Source of the DNA: a virus
Taxonomy: Duplodnaviria; Caudoviricetes
Virus record (IMG/VR): IMGVR_UViG_3300031716_000012
Coordinates: 1 to 55,333 of that record
Direction: 5' to 3' (one strand)
Length of the DNA: 55,333 bases
The notes beneath the pieces were generated by a model that was given only the letters and a program-made list of their open reading frames with translations, had not been told where the DNA came from and ran no database searches. The translations under genes and the position numbers were made by a program. Shown here piece after piece: positions 8,758 through 19,800 of this stretch. How positions within the stretch are numbered: the stretch's first letter is position 1; the number at the start of each line of letters is the position of its first letter.

Positions 8758-9642
8758 TCAGTTTCTTGTTCCTGGACACCCTAGATCGGAGGCACCTTCC
8801 TCCGGTGATCTCCGTGGATTATACCACGGGCAGAACCCGCAGTCGTGACTCGGTACAGCCTCCACTTGCTCCCAGCGGTGCGGTTGATTGAGAACGTCAC
8901 GATCGAGTAGCGCAGTGGCGATCCGAGGTATACGGGCAACAGCCGCCGGACCCACCGTAGGGTCATACCCGAACGTTTCGACGTGAAGATCCTTAATATT
9001 CCCAGCGCGGGGAAAATACGCAAGCGCCACACGTCTGACCTGATAGCCAAGCTTCTCGTACCCCCATCCGTAGATCTGGATCTGCGTCTTGTAGTTGTCC
9101 GGGGAGCCTTCCGCCTTGACCTTGCGCATCTTGTCGGGGCTCGTGCCCTTCCAGTCGATCACTGTGCCGGTCGGCACGTGGAACAGGTCACTGCGGCCGG
9201 TGACATCCTCCGAGAGGCGCAGACGCTGCTCTGTGATCCAGTCCTTGCTGGAGAAGGTTCGTAGCCAGTCCACGAACGCGTTCTCCAGCCAGTCATGAAC
9301 GGCGGTACCGACGATGGCTGGCCAGGGGTCCATGATCGTGTTGACCTGTGGAATCCCGGCCAGCCGGTAGCCGATACGTCTGTCGCACTTCGAGGACAGT
9401 TCACTGGGCCCGATGTTGACTTGGTGACTTCTAGGGTTCCGCTCGTCGCGCCACTTGATCACGTCAAGGAGTTCGGACTTCAACTCCTCCGCGAACGGAT
9501 CTTGATCCGGGTGGATCGGTGTGAATGCCATCTCTAGCTGCTCCGCTACCGCTCGTACGGGCAGGACTGGTTCACAGTAGGGGTGGCTACCGTCATTTTC
9601 CAGGATCGGGTCCAGCCTGGTGTGACAGATCCGACATTTCAT
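8758..9642 (-). CDS. Cas4-like PD-(D/E)xK exonuclease
   Basis: IGPSEL..CDRR, GTAVH, GRSD...IDWK, QIQIYG, CGFCPW. Confidence 0.85.
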   Translation of the reverse strand: MKCRICHTRLDPILENDGSHPYCEPVLPVRAVAEQLEMAFTPIHPDQDPFAEELKSELLDVIKWRDERNPRSHQVNIGPSELSSKCDRRIGYRLAGIPQVNTIMDPWPAIVGTAVHDWLENAFVDWLRTFSSKDWITEQRLRLSEDVTGRSDLFHVPTGTVIDWKGTSPDKMRKVKAEGSPDNYKTQIQIYGWGYEKLGYQVRRVALAYFPRAGNIKDLHVETFGYDPTVGPAAVARIPRIATALLDRDVLNQPHRWEQVEAVPSHDCGFCPWYNPRRSPEEGASDLGCPGTRN

Positions 9643-10019
9643 CTCTGGACAAACAGCCCCAGGAAGCCGAAGTCCCAGACGTCGACGGTGCCCTCGCGAA
9701 TTCGCTCGAACATCCACTCCTGGGTGACGCCACGCCACTGGGCGCTGCGTGCCACGGTCAGGAACCGTTCCGCGAAGTCGGGGTACTCCTGGAGCACCAG
9801 GTTCGCCGCCGCACAGAACTCGTCGATGATGGCTGCGTTGCGGTCGTTGATGTGGGCCAGCATCCCCGGACCGTCCCACCGGTACAGGGTGTTGGTGGAC
9901 ACGCCAAGGATGTCCGCGAGTCCCTGCTTGGACAGGCCCAGCTTCTGCCGGTACTCCATCAGGGTGCCGAAGAAGAAGGCGTCCCTGCCCCTACTGATGA
10001 TTGTTGTTGCCGATGTCAT
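9639..10019 (-). CDS. Helix-turn-helix DNA-binding protein
   Basis: LGLSKQGLADILGVSTNTLYRWD; TACACT -10 7 nt upstream of ATG. Confidence 0.8.
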   Translation of the reverse strand: MTSATTIISRGRDAFFFGTLMEYRQKLGLSKQGLADILGVSTNTLYRWDGPGMLAHINDRNAAIIDEFCAAANLVLQEYPDFAERFLTVARSAQWRGVTQEWMFERIREGTVDVWDFGFLGLFVQR

Positions 10020-10073
10020 GCCGTGTAGTGTAGCCCCCCTTGCCTCCTGTGGTATTTGATCTACTATGCCCTT
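10020..10073. promoter_or_regulatory. Divergent promoter pair, both probably leaderless
   Basis: + strand TTGCCT-16-TACTAT then ATG 6 nt later; - strand TACACT then ATG 7 nt later. Confidence 0.55.
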
Positions 10074-11519
10074 ATGGGTCTGTCCGTTGCGCAACGACTT
10101 GCGTCACTTCCGGAGGAAGAGAGACGTGAGTTCCTTTCGCGACAGCCACCCGAGGTACTGGAGGAGATGCTCCGAGGCGAGTGGTGGTACACGTCCCGGC
10201 CGGAGCAGCGGCCACCCGAGGAGGGTGACTGGCTGGTAGCGCTGGCGCTGGCTGGCCGTGGCTGGGGCAAGTCACGTGCCTCTGGCGAGTGGCTGGTGCA
10301 GCAGATTGTCAAGCACCCGTACGACCGGTCCGGCGCTCCCACGGAGTGGCTCCTGATCGCGGAGACCTTGGCTGACGCCCGTACCATCTGCCTGGAAGGG
10401 CCAGCGGGAGTTCTGCGTATCCTCGACCGTCGCAAGATCGCTCACCGGTACAAGCAGTCGCCACGCCCCATGGTTCTGTTCCCTGATGGCCAGAAGATCT
10501 ATGCGGAGGGCGCGGATGACGCTGATGTCGGGCGCGGGTATAACGCGTCTGGAGCGGTACTGGACGAAGTCTGTAAGTGGATCACTCCCTACGAGTCATG
10601 GTTCGAAGGAATCCTTCCTTCGCTGCGGGCGGATCTCATCAACGATCATCCCCGTGCGTTCGTTGCCACCACACCGAAGCCCATCAAGATCATCCAGGAG
10701 TGGGTGGGAACCGACGACGGATCGGTTCACCTTATGGGTGGATCAACATTCGACAACTCGGCAAACCTTTCTAGCTTCGTTCTTACAGCGCTGGAGAAGA
10801 AGTACCGGGGCACGGCCATCGGCCAGCAGGAGCTTTACGGAAAAGTCCTGGAGCTTGCCTCCGGTGGACTCTTCAAGCGCATGGACATCGTCAACAACCG
10901 TGTTGCCGAGATACCGGAGGACGCGCGTCTTGTCCAGACGGTGGTGGGGATGGACCCCAACCTCACTGGTGAGGACGCCCAGACGGGGATCGTGGTTGTC
11001 GCACGTGCGTCGGACGGACACTTCTACGTCCTGGCCGACCGGACCATCCAGGGCGCGGGGCGACAAGCGGCCCTAGCGGCGTGGCGTGCCGTCGCTGAAT
11101 TCGAAGCGGACGTGCTGGTGTACGAGGAGAACCTGGGCAAGCGGTTCCTGTTCGAGGTTCTCCAGGACGCGTACCGGGAGTATTGCGAACTGGGCATGTT
11201 CCCTCTGCACACGTCACCGCCGATGAAGCCGGTCCACTCCAAGCACGGCAAGAAGACCAGGGCCGAGCCGGTGGCAATGCGCAGCGAGCAGGGGACGTTC
11301 CACTTCATGGGTGACATGGACGAACTGGAGGACCAGTGCGTCATGTACGACCCGGTCTCCCCTGGCGACTCCCCGGACCGGATGGACGCCATGGTCCATG
11401 CGGCGATCTACCTGATGCGCGGCGAGAAGAAGAAGATGCGGGTAGGCGATCCGACCGGTTTCAACCTTCCGCAGGATTTCTACGACCTGAGTAAGTTCGG
11501 TCCTGATAACCGTTTCTAA
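10074..11519 (+). CDS. terL: Terminase large subunit
   Basis: Walker A AGRGWGKS, Walker B VLDE, TTP coupling motif, nuclease GMDP...SPDRMDA. Confidence 0.95.
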   Translation: MGLSVAQRLASLPEEERREFLSRQPPEVLEEMLRGEWWYTSRPEQRPPEEGDWLVALALAGRGWGKSRASGEWLVQQIVKHPYDRSGAPTEWLLIAETLADARTICLEGPAGVLRILDRRKIAHRYKQSPRPMVLFPDGQKIYAEGADDADVGRGYNASGAVLDEVCKWITPYESWFEGILPSLRADLINDHPRAFVATTPKPIKIIQEWVGTDDGSVHLMGGSTFDNSANLSSFVLTALEKKYRGTAIGQQELYGKVLELASGGLFKRMDIVNNRVAEIPEDARLVQTVVGMDPNLTGEDAQTGIVVVARASDGHFYVLADRTIQGAGRQAALAAWRAVAEFEADVLVYEENLGKRFLFEVLQDAYREYCELGMFPLHTSPPMKPVHSKHGKKTRAEPVAMRSEQGTFHFMGDMDELEDQCVMYDPVSPGDSPDRMDAMVHAAIYLMRGEKKKMRVGDPTGFNLPQDFYDLSKFGPDNRF

Positions 11520-11557
11520 CCGACACCTTCCACTTGCGCAAAAGGAGGCTTTATAGT

Positions 11558-11845
11558 ATGGCCATGCTGTTGATCAGCCTGGTGCTCGGCCTGCTCGCAG
11601 TCACGCGACTGACCAAGCTCCTGGTTGATGATCGACTGATGCTCAGCTACCGCGTCTGGGTCAGGAAGAAGTGGGGAGAGGATTCCCTAGCTGCCTACTT
11701 CGTCGACTGCCCCTGGTGTACAAGTATGTGGGTCGGTGCCCTGGTAATGCCTTGGACGGTACTCTATCCAAATAGATGGGTTATGTCCGTTACGGCGATC
11801 ATAGCTTCGTCCCTTGTGGCAGGTTTGATCCTAGATCGGGAGTAG
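11558..11845 (+). CDS. Membrane protein (DUF1360-like)
   Basis: RLTKLLVDD...CPWCTSMW plus TM segments; AAAGGAGG RBS. Confidence 0.7.
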   Translation: MAMLLISLVLGLLAVTRLTKLLVDDRLMLSYRVWVRKKWGEDSLAAYFVDCPWCTSMWVGALVMPWTVLYPNRWVMSVTAIIASSLVAGLILDRE

Positions 11846-11847
11846 TT

Positions 11848-13743
11848 GTGGCATTGGGGCGACGGAAGGTCATCACGAATCAGATGACGCCGCCTCCACA
11901 CGAGGCTAAGTCGTTGGTTGCTGCCGCCGCCCGGATCAACCTGTCTGGCCAGAAGACGTGGCTCAACTACCGGTTCGGTGACAACACCTGGCAGGAAGAG
12001 TGCTGGCGGCTCTACGACGTGATCGGAGAGTTGCGCTTCGCCGCATCGTGGGTAGGGTCCGCATGTTCGCGGGTCCGCATCTACGTTGCCGAGGTTGACA
12101 AGAATGGGCGTGTACAGCAGGAAACAAAGAAGCCGAAGATTGCTTCACTTGCTGACACTCTTTTTGGTGGTCCACCTGCTAAGGCTGAAGCCCTTCGCAT
12201 GTTGGGCATCAACCTCACAGTTGCCGGTGATGCGTACATTGTCGGTAAAGCTGGCTCTGAAGACGATCCAGATCAGTGGTTCGTCGTCTCCTGCTCCGAG
12301 TTCAAAAAGTACCGAGGGACACTGAGGTATGAGTGGTCAGACGGCACTATGGGGACAGTGGACGAGGGAGACATCGTCATCCGTGTTTGGACCCCTCATC
12401 CACGACGCCACATCTGGGCAGATTCGCCTGTCCACGCTGCAATGCCCATGCTGTGGGAGATCGAGCGACTTACTCGGTTTGTTTTCGCCCAGATCGACTC
12501 CCGACTTATCACGGCGGGTCTCCTTCCGATTCCGAAAGAGGCCAGTTTCGTTGATGACGACGAAGAGGTCACCGGAGCAGAGGGGCTGACCGCGCACCTG
12601 ATGCGGGTCGGCTCGTACAGCCTGAAGGGTGAAGGCACCGCTGCTGGTGCCATGCCGGTGGTCATCGAGATGCCCGCCGAAGCCCTGGGCAAGATCGCTC
12701 TGGTGCCGTTCGCGTCGGAGCTTTCCCAGCAGGCTAGGGAACTACGCCAGGAAGCCATCGCCCGCTTCGCCACCGCCATGGACTTTCCTCCTGAGGTGCT
12801 CGGCGGAACCGGGGGAGCCAACCACTGGAGTGCGTGGCACATCGAAGAGTCCGCAGTGAAGATTCACATCGAGCCGCTGATGACCCGCATCTGTGATGCC
12901 CTGACCACGGCCTACCTTCAGCCCGCTCTGAAGCACCTGAAGGAGGACGAGAGCCGGTTCATCTTCTGGTACGACACCGCGCCACTGACGGTGCGGCCGG
13001 AGCGTCTCAAGGACACCCTGAACATGTTCGAGAAGGGGCTTGTGTCCGCTGAGGCTGTCCGCATGGCCGGTGACTACAAGGACTCCGAGGCCCCGTCCGA
13101 GGACGAGGACCTGATGCGGTTCACTCGGGAACTGATGCTTCGCGATCCAAACCTTCTGCAAAGCCCAGCAATCCGAAAAGTAGCAGGCTACTCAGACGAC
13201 GTTCTGCCTCCAGACGCGCAGGTAGCCCCCGCAGCGGGTACTCCGGGAGCGGGACCCCCTCCACCTCCTGCACCCCCCACTGGAATTCAACCAACCGGGC
13301 CTGCTCCTCTGCCGCAAGGATCAACCGCCGAAGGTGCTCCGCCGCCTGTACAAGGTCCTGGAATGGTCGCCTCAACGTATGTCCCACCTGTAATCACGAC
13401 CTTCGTAGTGGCAAATGCTGTGGCACTGCGTGCATTGGAAGTCGCAGGAAAGCGGCTCCTCACCAGGGCCCAGCGGGCGACGACACACGATGTACCGCCG
13501 GAGGCACTTCACACACGGATTGCAGTGAACGGCCCAGAACACGTGGGCAAGCTCCTCGCTGGTGCCTGGGACCATCTGTCGACTCTCTCCGCCCACTTGG
13601 GTATCGAGGAGACCGACGTGATGGCGCTCCGCAACACCCTCGACGGATATTGTACCCAACGCCTGCTGACTGGGCAGCCCCACGACGCGAAGGCACTGTC
13701 GGAGGCGATGCAGGAGCGAGGGCTCCTCGATGTCTCGGCATAG
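11848..13743 (+). CDS. Portal protein
   Basis: Follows terminase; WQEECW..YDVIGELRF, RVWTPHP, ANHWSAW motifs typical of cluster-B-like portals. Confidence 0.88.
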   Translation: MALGRRKVITNQMTPPPHEAKSLVAAAARINLSGQKTWLNYRFGDNTWQEECWRLYDVIGELRFAASWVGSACSRVRIYVAEVDKNGRVQQETKKPKIASLADTLFGGPPAKAEALRMLGINLTVAGDAYIVGKAGSEDDPDQWFVVSCSEFKKYRGTLRYEWSDGTMGTVDEGDIVIRVWTPHPRRHIWADSPVHAAMPMLWEIERLTRFVFAQIDSRLITAGLLPIPKEASFVDDDEEVTGAEGLTAHLMRVGSYSLKGEGTAAGAMPVVIEMPAEALGKIALVPFASELSQQARELRQEAIARFATAMDFPPEVLGGTGGANHWSAWHIEESAVKIHIEPLMTRICDALTTAYLQPALKHLKEDESRFIFWYDTAPLTVRPERLKDTLNMFEKGLVSAEAVRMAGDYKDSEAPSEDEDLMRFTRELMLRDPNLLQSPAIRKVAGYSDDVLPPDAQVAPAAGTPGAGPPPPPAPPTGIQPTGPAPLPQGSTAEGAPPPVQGPGMVASTYVPPVITTFVVANAVALRALEVAGKRLLTRAQRATTHDVPPEALHTRIAVNGPEHVGKLLAGAWDHLSTLSAHLGIEETDVMALRNTLDGYCTQRLLTGQPHDAKALSEAMQERGLLDVSA

Positions 13744-14443
13744 CGATGAGCAGGGGCTGCTCGACGTCGTTACTTCAAGCTTGAAGTCATGGCTGTCCAA
13801 GGTGAAGGACGCGGTGATGCGACCGTGGCGTACCTACCAAGGCCAACCCGATCCGACAGCGGTGTACCAGGTGGACTGGGAGCCGGAGATCGACACCATC
13901 CTCACCGAATTGGGCAAAATCTCCTTGCGTGCCTGGTCCCAGGCTTCCGATGTTCCACCCGTGTCCCGGCACGCGTTCGTGATGAGCCAGTTGGCGCAGA
14001 CCCGCAACTTCCTGGTCCGGATGCCCGACGAGACAGCCGACTTGATCTTCGCGGAGATGACGGACGCGATCAACGCTGGCGACGACACGAGTCAGGTGGC
14101 TGCACGTGTTGACAGGATCTTGACATGGACGGGTTCCGAATACTGGCCACACCGTGCTCGTGTGATTGCCATAACCGAGACCACCCGTGCCTATGGTGCT
14201 GGCACGCTAGCTGCCGGTATGGAGCAGAGCAGAGTCACCGGCAAGTTGCTCCAGAAGAGATGGCGGGACGAGGCGGACAGCCGGGTCCGAGCAACGCACA
14301 GAGCGGTTAATGGTCAGACACTCCCTTTGACCGGGTTGTTCCAAGTGGGACTAGACATGATGCTTTATCCGGGTGATCCTCTAGCATCAGTAGACGAAGT
14401 CGCTGGTTGCCGCTGTGACCTCGAAATCGTGGATGGAGGGTAG
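13730..14443 (+). CDS. MuF-like minor head protein
   Basis: RARVIAITET, KRW...DSRVRATH, YPGDP...GCRC. Confidence 0.88.
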   Translation: MSRHSDEQGLLDVVTSSLKSWLSKVKDAVMRPWRTYQGQPDPTAVYQVDWEPEIDTILTELGKISLRAWSQASDVPPVSRHAFVMSQLAQTRNFLVRMPDETADLIFAEMTDAINAGDDTSQVAARVDRILTWTGSEYWPHRARVIAITETTRAYGAGTLAAGMEQSRVTGKLLQKRWRDEADSRVRATHRAVNGQTLPLTGLFQVGLDMMLYPGDPLASVDEVAGCRCDLEIVDGG

Positions 14444-14445
14444 CC

Positions 14446-16818
14446 ATGGTCGACCCGAACCCGGCCCGTGGAATGCCGCTCCAACTCCAGCGCTACTGGT
14501 TGCTGGGCAAAGGTGCAGCCAAGATCCGGTGGAACACCCCAGGCGACTTCAAGCGGTGCGTACGGGCGCTGGCCACCAAGTTCCCGAAGAATCCGGAAGG
14601 TCTGTGCAACATCCTGCACACCAAGGCCACCGGAGGGCCACCAGGGCACGGCTCCGCTGAACACTCCCTGACCGCCGCCGCCCAGGCACTGCTGGACATG
14701 CAGCAACTGGGTGACATGTGGGCCGGGCCGCTGGCCGTGATCGGCAGACCCACCTCGGAACCGAACGTGTCCCGGATGTTCGAGCATGGTGCAGTTGACG
14801 CACGCGCTCTGCCGCTACCGCTGTCATTCCGGAAGATCTCCACCAATCAGGGCCACGCAGGCTCGGTGGTGGTGGGCCGAATCTTGGGCAGCACCGTGGG
14901 CCCGGACGAGAAGGGCCTCGACACCGTTTACGGGTGGGGGGACTGGCTCGACGCCACCGTAGTCCCAGAGGTCACAGAGGCTCGGTACCTTGTCAACCAA
15001 GGGGTGATTGGTCCCTCCCTTGACCCAGGCGGACCAGTGGTTGGCACGATGAACCCCGAGACCGGTGTCATCCACATGACGAAGTACACCATGGGTGGCG
15101 CGACCCTAGTGCCGAACCCCGCGTTCACCGGGGTGATGATCTACGACCTTGGCGAAGCTGGCGAATGGCCAGACGACGACGAGGACATGCCCTTCGAGTA
15201 CGCCGAAGAGGGTGACTGCGGATGCGGTGACTACGCCCTCACGGCGGCAGTGAATTCGTCCGGCTGGCGCGGATTGCCGCTGGCACCACGAGAAGCGGTA
15301 TTCGACAACGACGACGCAGTTAAAAGAATCACGCAGTGGGCAGCGCAGCAGGGGGGCCAGCCGGACCCCAAGTTGCTCAACCAGATGTTCATGTACCGGG
15401 ACCCGCAGGCATCCCCACAGGACCCGACCAGCTACCGGCTGCCCGTAGGAGACATCGTCTCCGGGAAGCCGACCCTCATCTATCACGCCATTTACGCGGC
15501 TGCCGCCCTCCTTTCCGGTGCGCACGGTGGCCTACCAAACGTGCCAGATGAGGAGAAAGGACAGCTTCGCGGAGTTATTTCCGAGATCTATCCTGAAATG
15601 GCAAAAGCATTCAATGATTCATCCATCCGGGCACCGTGGGATCAGCCTGCGGATGTCGCTGCACGGGAGCAGGGAGGCGTGACCGCAGCCATGACCACAC
15701 CAAAAGAGCCATACGGCGATGTTCAGTACGCCGACCCTGGCTACCAGCAGGACAAGAAGAAGCGGTACCCACTGGACACGGAGAGGCACGTACGTGCCGC
15801 TTGGGGTTACATCAACCAGCCGGAGAACGCGGGCCAGTACAACCCAGAGGACCTGAAGAAGGTCCGTGCTGCGATCATGACCGCAGCTAAGAAGATCGGT
15901 ATTCAGATCTCTGAGGATGCGAAGGGCGAGATGAGTCTCCTGTACCCACCGAAGTCATGGTTCGATGACCCGGAACTGGGTCAGAAGACCCCGCTAACTG
16001 TCACCAAGGATGGGCGGATCTTTGGCCACCTCGCTGCCTGGAACGAATGCCACCGTGACGTCGGCGCGCGGGAGTGCGTCCTTGCGCCCCATAGCAAAAA
16101 GAACTATGACCCGTTCCACCTCGGTACGGTCTTCACGGCAGAGGGCGATACGGTCCGAGTTGGCAAGATCGTCATGGATACTCGTCACGCTGGGATCAAC
16201 CTCAATTACCGTTCGGCGGCCATTCACTACGACCACACCGGCGACGAAGTTGCGGTGGTTCGTGCCGGAGAGGATCAGTTTGGCATCTGGGTCGCGGGTG
16301 CTGTTGTCCCGGAAGCCGACGAGCGCAAAGTTGCCAAGCTACGACGGAGCCCCCTTTCGGGCGACTGGCGGGCGCTGGACGGAAACCTGGAACTCACAGC
16401 GGCCCTGGCTGTCAACGTCCCTGCGTTTCCTGTCTTCGCGATGGACGGTACTGAGCGTCTCGCTCTTGTAGCCGCAGGAACAGTGGAGCAGGACTTTTAC
16501 GAGGAGGACGAAGACGTGGAGGACGTGAAGGCCGCCTTCGACGCGGGTGAGCACGGCTACACCGAAGACCAGGAGCAGGAAGACCGCGCCTGGGAGATGC
16601 GGGCCATCCTGGAGGACCACGCCAACTGGGACCAGTGGCACCGCGCGAAGATGCTCTACGACTTTGCCGTGGAAACCGGTGCGGAGCAGCTTCCGGTGGA
16701 CCCCGGAGAAGACCCGCTGTACGGAGATCAGGCGATGCTGACCCGCCAGGCTGACGGTCAGATCCTGGCAGTAGAGGACACAGGTGCGGGGACGGTTCCG
16801 ACCCCCACAGCAGCGTAG
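14446..16818 (+). CDS. Capsid maturation protease, multidomain (includes DUF6582-like module)
   Basis: LPLPL..GH.GSVVVGRI..GPSLD..GATLV..PAF protease core; YADPG..KRYPLDT..HVRAAW module; SGDWR..VNVPAFP C-terminal domain. Confidence 0.8.
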   Translation: MVDPNPARGMPLQLQRYWLLGKGAAKIRWNTPGDFKRCVRALATKFPKNPEGLCNILHTKATGGPPGHGSAEHSLTAAAQALLDMQQLGDMWAGPLAVIGRPTSEPNVSRMFEHGAVDARALPLPLSFRKISTNQGHAGSVVVGRILGSTVGPDEKGLDTVYGWGDWLDATVVPEVTEARYLVNQGVIGPSLDPGGPVVGTMNPETGVIHMTKYTMGGATLVPNPAFTGVMIYDLGEAGEWPDDDEDMPFEYAEEGDCGCGDYALTAAVNSSGWRGLPLAPREAVFDNDDAVKRITQWAAQQGGQPDPKLLNQMFMYRDPQASPQDPTSYRLPVGDIVSGKPTLIYHAIYAAAALLSGAHGGLPNVPDEEKGQLRGVISEIYPEMAKAFNDSSIRAPWDQPADVAAREQGGVTAAMTTPKEPYGDVQYADPGYQQDKKKRYPLDTERHVRAAWGYINQPENAGQYNPEDLKKVRAAIMTAAKKIGIQISEDAKGEMSLLYPPKSWFDDPELGQKTPLTVTKDGRIFGHLAAWNECHRDVGARECVLAPHSKKNYDPFHLGTVFTAEGDTVRVGKIVMDTRHAGINLNYRSAAIHYDHTGDEVAVVRAGEDQFGIWVAGAVVPEADERKVAKLRRSPLSGDWRALDGNLELTAALAVNVPAFPVFAMDGTERLALVAAGTVEQDFYEEDEDVEDVKAAFDAGEHGYTEDQEQEDRAWEMRAILEDHANWDQWHRAKMLYDFAVETGAEQLPVDPGEDPLYGDQAMLTRQADGQILAVEDTGAGTVPTPTAA

Positions 16819-16829
16819 TGGGGTGACGT

Positions 16830-19800
16830 GTGGGCGTTGGAAGCGCCTGGGGTTCGCGGGAGGAGATGCTCCACCCGCGTGACAGCCATGGGCGGTTTCG
16901 GTCTTCGTGGAAGATGGCCGAAGGCGTCGTTGACAAGATCATGGCGATCCTGGATCGCTTCAACCCCAAGACTTTCAGCAGCCAGGACGAGGCAAACAAC
17001 TACGTTCGTAGCCTCGCCAACAAGAACCGGCAGACCTACAAGCCGGACATCGACTCGTTCCTGAAGAACTACGCCAAGGTCAACGGGGATCTGAGGGCCG
17101 GTAAGCCCAACAAGACCGTCGATGAGATGCGGCGGCTGATGCAGCCGCTCCCCGACGACGTGATCGTTACCCGTACCGGGCCACCGGGGATCGTCGGCCT
17201 GGACCCAGCCAACGTCGGCAACGCCGAGGAGTTGACCGGGAAGCTGGTCCGGGACAAGGGCTTTTGGGCTGCCAACATCGGTGGCCCGCTGCCGCACCAG
17301 GACGGCAACATCACGTTCACCATGGCGGTGCCGAAGGGGACGAAGGCGCTCGCTCCGTCCACCAGTAAGCCCAACGGTGAACTGATCTTCGAGCCGGAGC
17401 AGCCGTTCCGGATCACCGAAGTGAACCCGGACGGCAAGGGAGGCTTCTTTGTCTACGCGGTGGCGGCTGGGGACTCCGAGGCACCTGAAGCGATTGACAT
17501 CGGGAAGGCTGTCCCCGAGGCAGGAGTTCCGGAGGCTCCAGCGGCGGCACCGCAGGCACCTGCGGCTCCTGGCGGCGCAGCACCTGGCACTGGAGATCTT
17601 GGAGCACCTCTTAGCCGGAAGCCAGGCCGTCCAGCCGGTCCTGCACCCGAGCCGCGAAACGACGGACATGTAGCTGATAACGTCGGCGGCGGTGGGCAGG
17701 CTCCCGGATCGCCGTCCGCTCCGGTCACTCAAGGGGAGCCTGCCCCCGAACTTCCCCCAGCCCCAGAGGCAGGTACGGACGCCCGGAACACGTTCCGTGA
17801 GGCGTTCGACAAGGCCGACCTGAAGGTGCCCACCGTTGGCACCCGGCGCAAGCAGTTCATGGACGGCTACAACGGTGTGGCGTCTGGCAAGAAGACGCCC
17901 CAGGAAGCCGTTAACGATCTTGACAATGCCATCTCGGCGAACAAGAAGATCATCGAGACGGACAAGGCTGACGGCACCGACTCCGGCCCCCTTCCGGAGG
18001 ACGTGAAGCGGCTCGAAGCGTTGCGGGATCTCATCGCCGAACACTTCAACTTCACTGGACGCAAGAAGTTCAAGGAGTCAAGTGGCGAAACTAAGGCACC
18101 TTCCGCCCCGAAAGCAGCACCTGCACCAGTGGCCAAGGCGGCGGAAGCCCCGGCAGCGGGATCGGGCCTTAAGGCAGTCTTCCGAGACACCGATGTTGGA
18201 CCTGCTCGCCCCGAAGTTAACCAGATCAGTCGGGAACTGGGACTCAAGAAGATCACTACTGGAGAGGCTGATGCACGGCTAGGACGGTTGCAGAAGGAAC
18301 ACCAGTCCCTTCAGGCCGACGCTGAGGACGCCGACAACACCGCCAAGGCCAACCGGCACGCCGATGCTGTTGACGGTATCCAGCAGATCCGTGACGCCCT
18401 GGGAGCCGACCGGGAAGGCCGCCAGGCCAAGGCAGTCAAGGCTGCCGAGCCCAAGAAGGAGCGCCCCCGTCTCAATGGTCGGGGCCAGGTCATCCGTCCC
18501 CGTGCCCCCAAGAAGGAGCCGGAGCCGGAAAAGCCCAAGGCACCGGAGCCGGAAGCTCCGAAGAAGGCTGCACCAGAACGGCTCATCCCTGGCATGGCTG
18601 CCGGGAAGACCAACGCTGGCCGGGTGAAGGTTGGCGAGCGCATCCTCGTCACCCAGAACAAGGACGGCACCTGGAGTTCCTCGCCGACCAAGAGCAAGAA
18701 TGCCACCGCCATCACCGTCACCGGCAAGAGCGCCGCCACTGGGGGTGGCCGTTCCCGCACCATCATCCACGGTGAGGACGACGGCGGCAACAAGATCGAC
18801 GTTCGCTCGGCCCCGTCGCACCAGACGTTCTGGGTGGCCCCGGAGAAGGGTGGGAAGAAGGAGGCACCCGCTGCTCCCAAGAAGTCCACCGAAGAGATCG
18901 ACGCTGACATCGCCAAGAAGGAGCGGGATCGCAAGGCGCAGATCCGCAGGGAGATGCGGGCTGAGCGGGAGGCCCGTGGCGAAACCCCGGCCAAGGCTGA
19001 ACCGGCCAAGCTGACTCCGGAGCAGGAAGCCAAGCTGGAGGCCGACCGGAAGGTTGAGGCTGCCCGCACTGAGACCATCCGCAAGTCACTTGAACGTTCA
19101 AGTGAGCCGAAGAAGGCTGTACCGCCACCGGCACGTCCCTCGATTCCGGCCAAGGAACTGTCCGACAAGGGGCTGATGCAGCGGTTCGAGGCGGAGATCA
19201 AGAAGGACAACCCTGACGAGGCCCGGCTCAAGGAACTCGGGGACGAACTCGACCGTCGTGACCTTGAGACCAAGAACCGGGTCCAAGGGCTGACCGACGA
19301 CGACCTGGAGAAGAAGTTCCAGGACGAGATCCGTAAGGACAACCCCGACGAAGAGGAGATGCGTCGCCTCGGTGACGAACTCGACCGCCGGGACAAGGAG
19401 CGTGCTGACAAAGAGCGCAAGATCGAGGCACTGGTCGCGAAGGGACGCGACTACCGTGACGCGTGGGCTGAAGTTAACGGGAAAGACCCCAAGCAACTGG
19501 ACCTTGAGGAGCGCAATGCGCTGCTCGACCAGTCCCGGCGTGCTGGCGAATCCCGCGAGACCACCCTACGTCGGCTCTACCAGGAGCACGTTCACCGTCA
19601 ATACCTCGACGCTGAGCGGGAAACCCGTGGACACCTGCTTACCCCCGAAGGACGCAGCAAAGGTATCGACCCGAAGTCCCTGTTCCAGGGTTCCAACGTT
19701 AACGCCAACCGGTACGCCTCTGACGAACTGAAGGAATACTGGGACAAGAACCCCCGCAAGACGTTCCTGCAATACAAGGCCGACACTTTGGGTCGGGAAA

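Noticed and set aside
8758-9642. Cas4-like gene as sign of a CRISPR system
   Set aside because: No repeat-spacer array or other cas genes seen; solo Cas4-like nucleases are routine in phage replication modules.
13220-13365. Pro/Ala-rich low-complexity tract in portal
   Set aside because: Protein-level linker, not a DNA repeat element.
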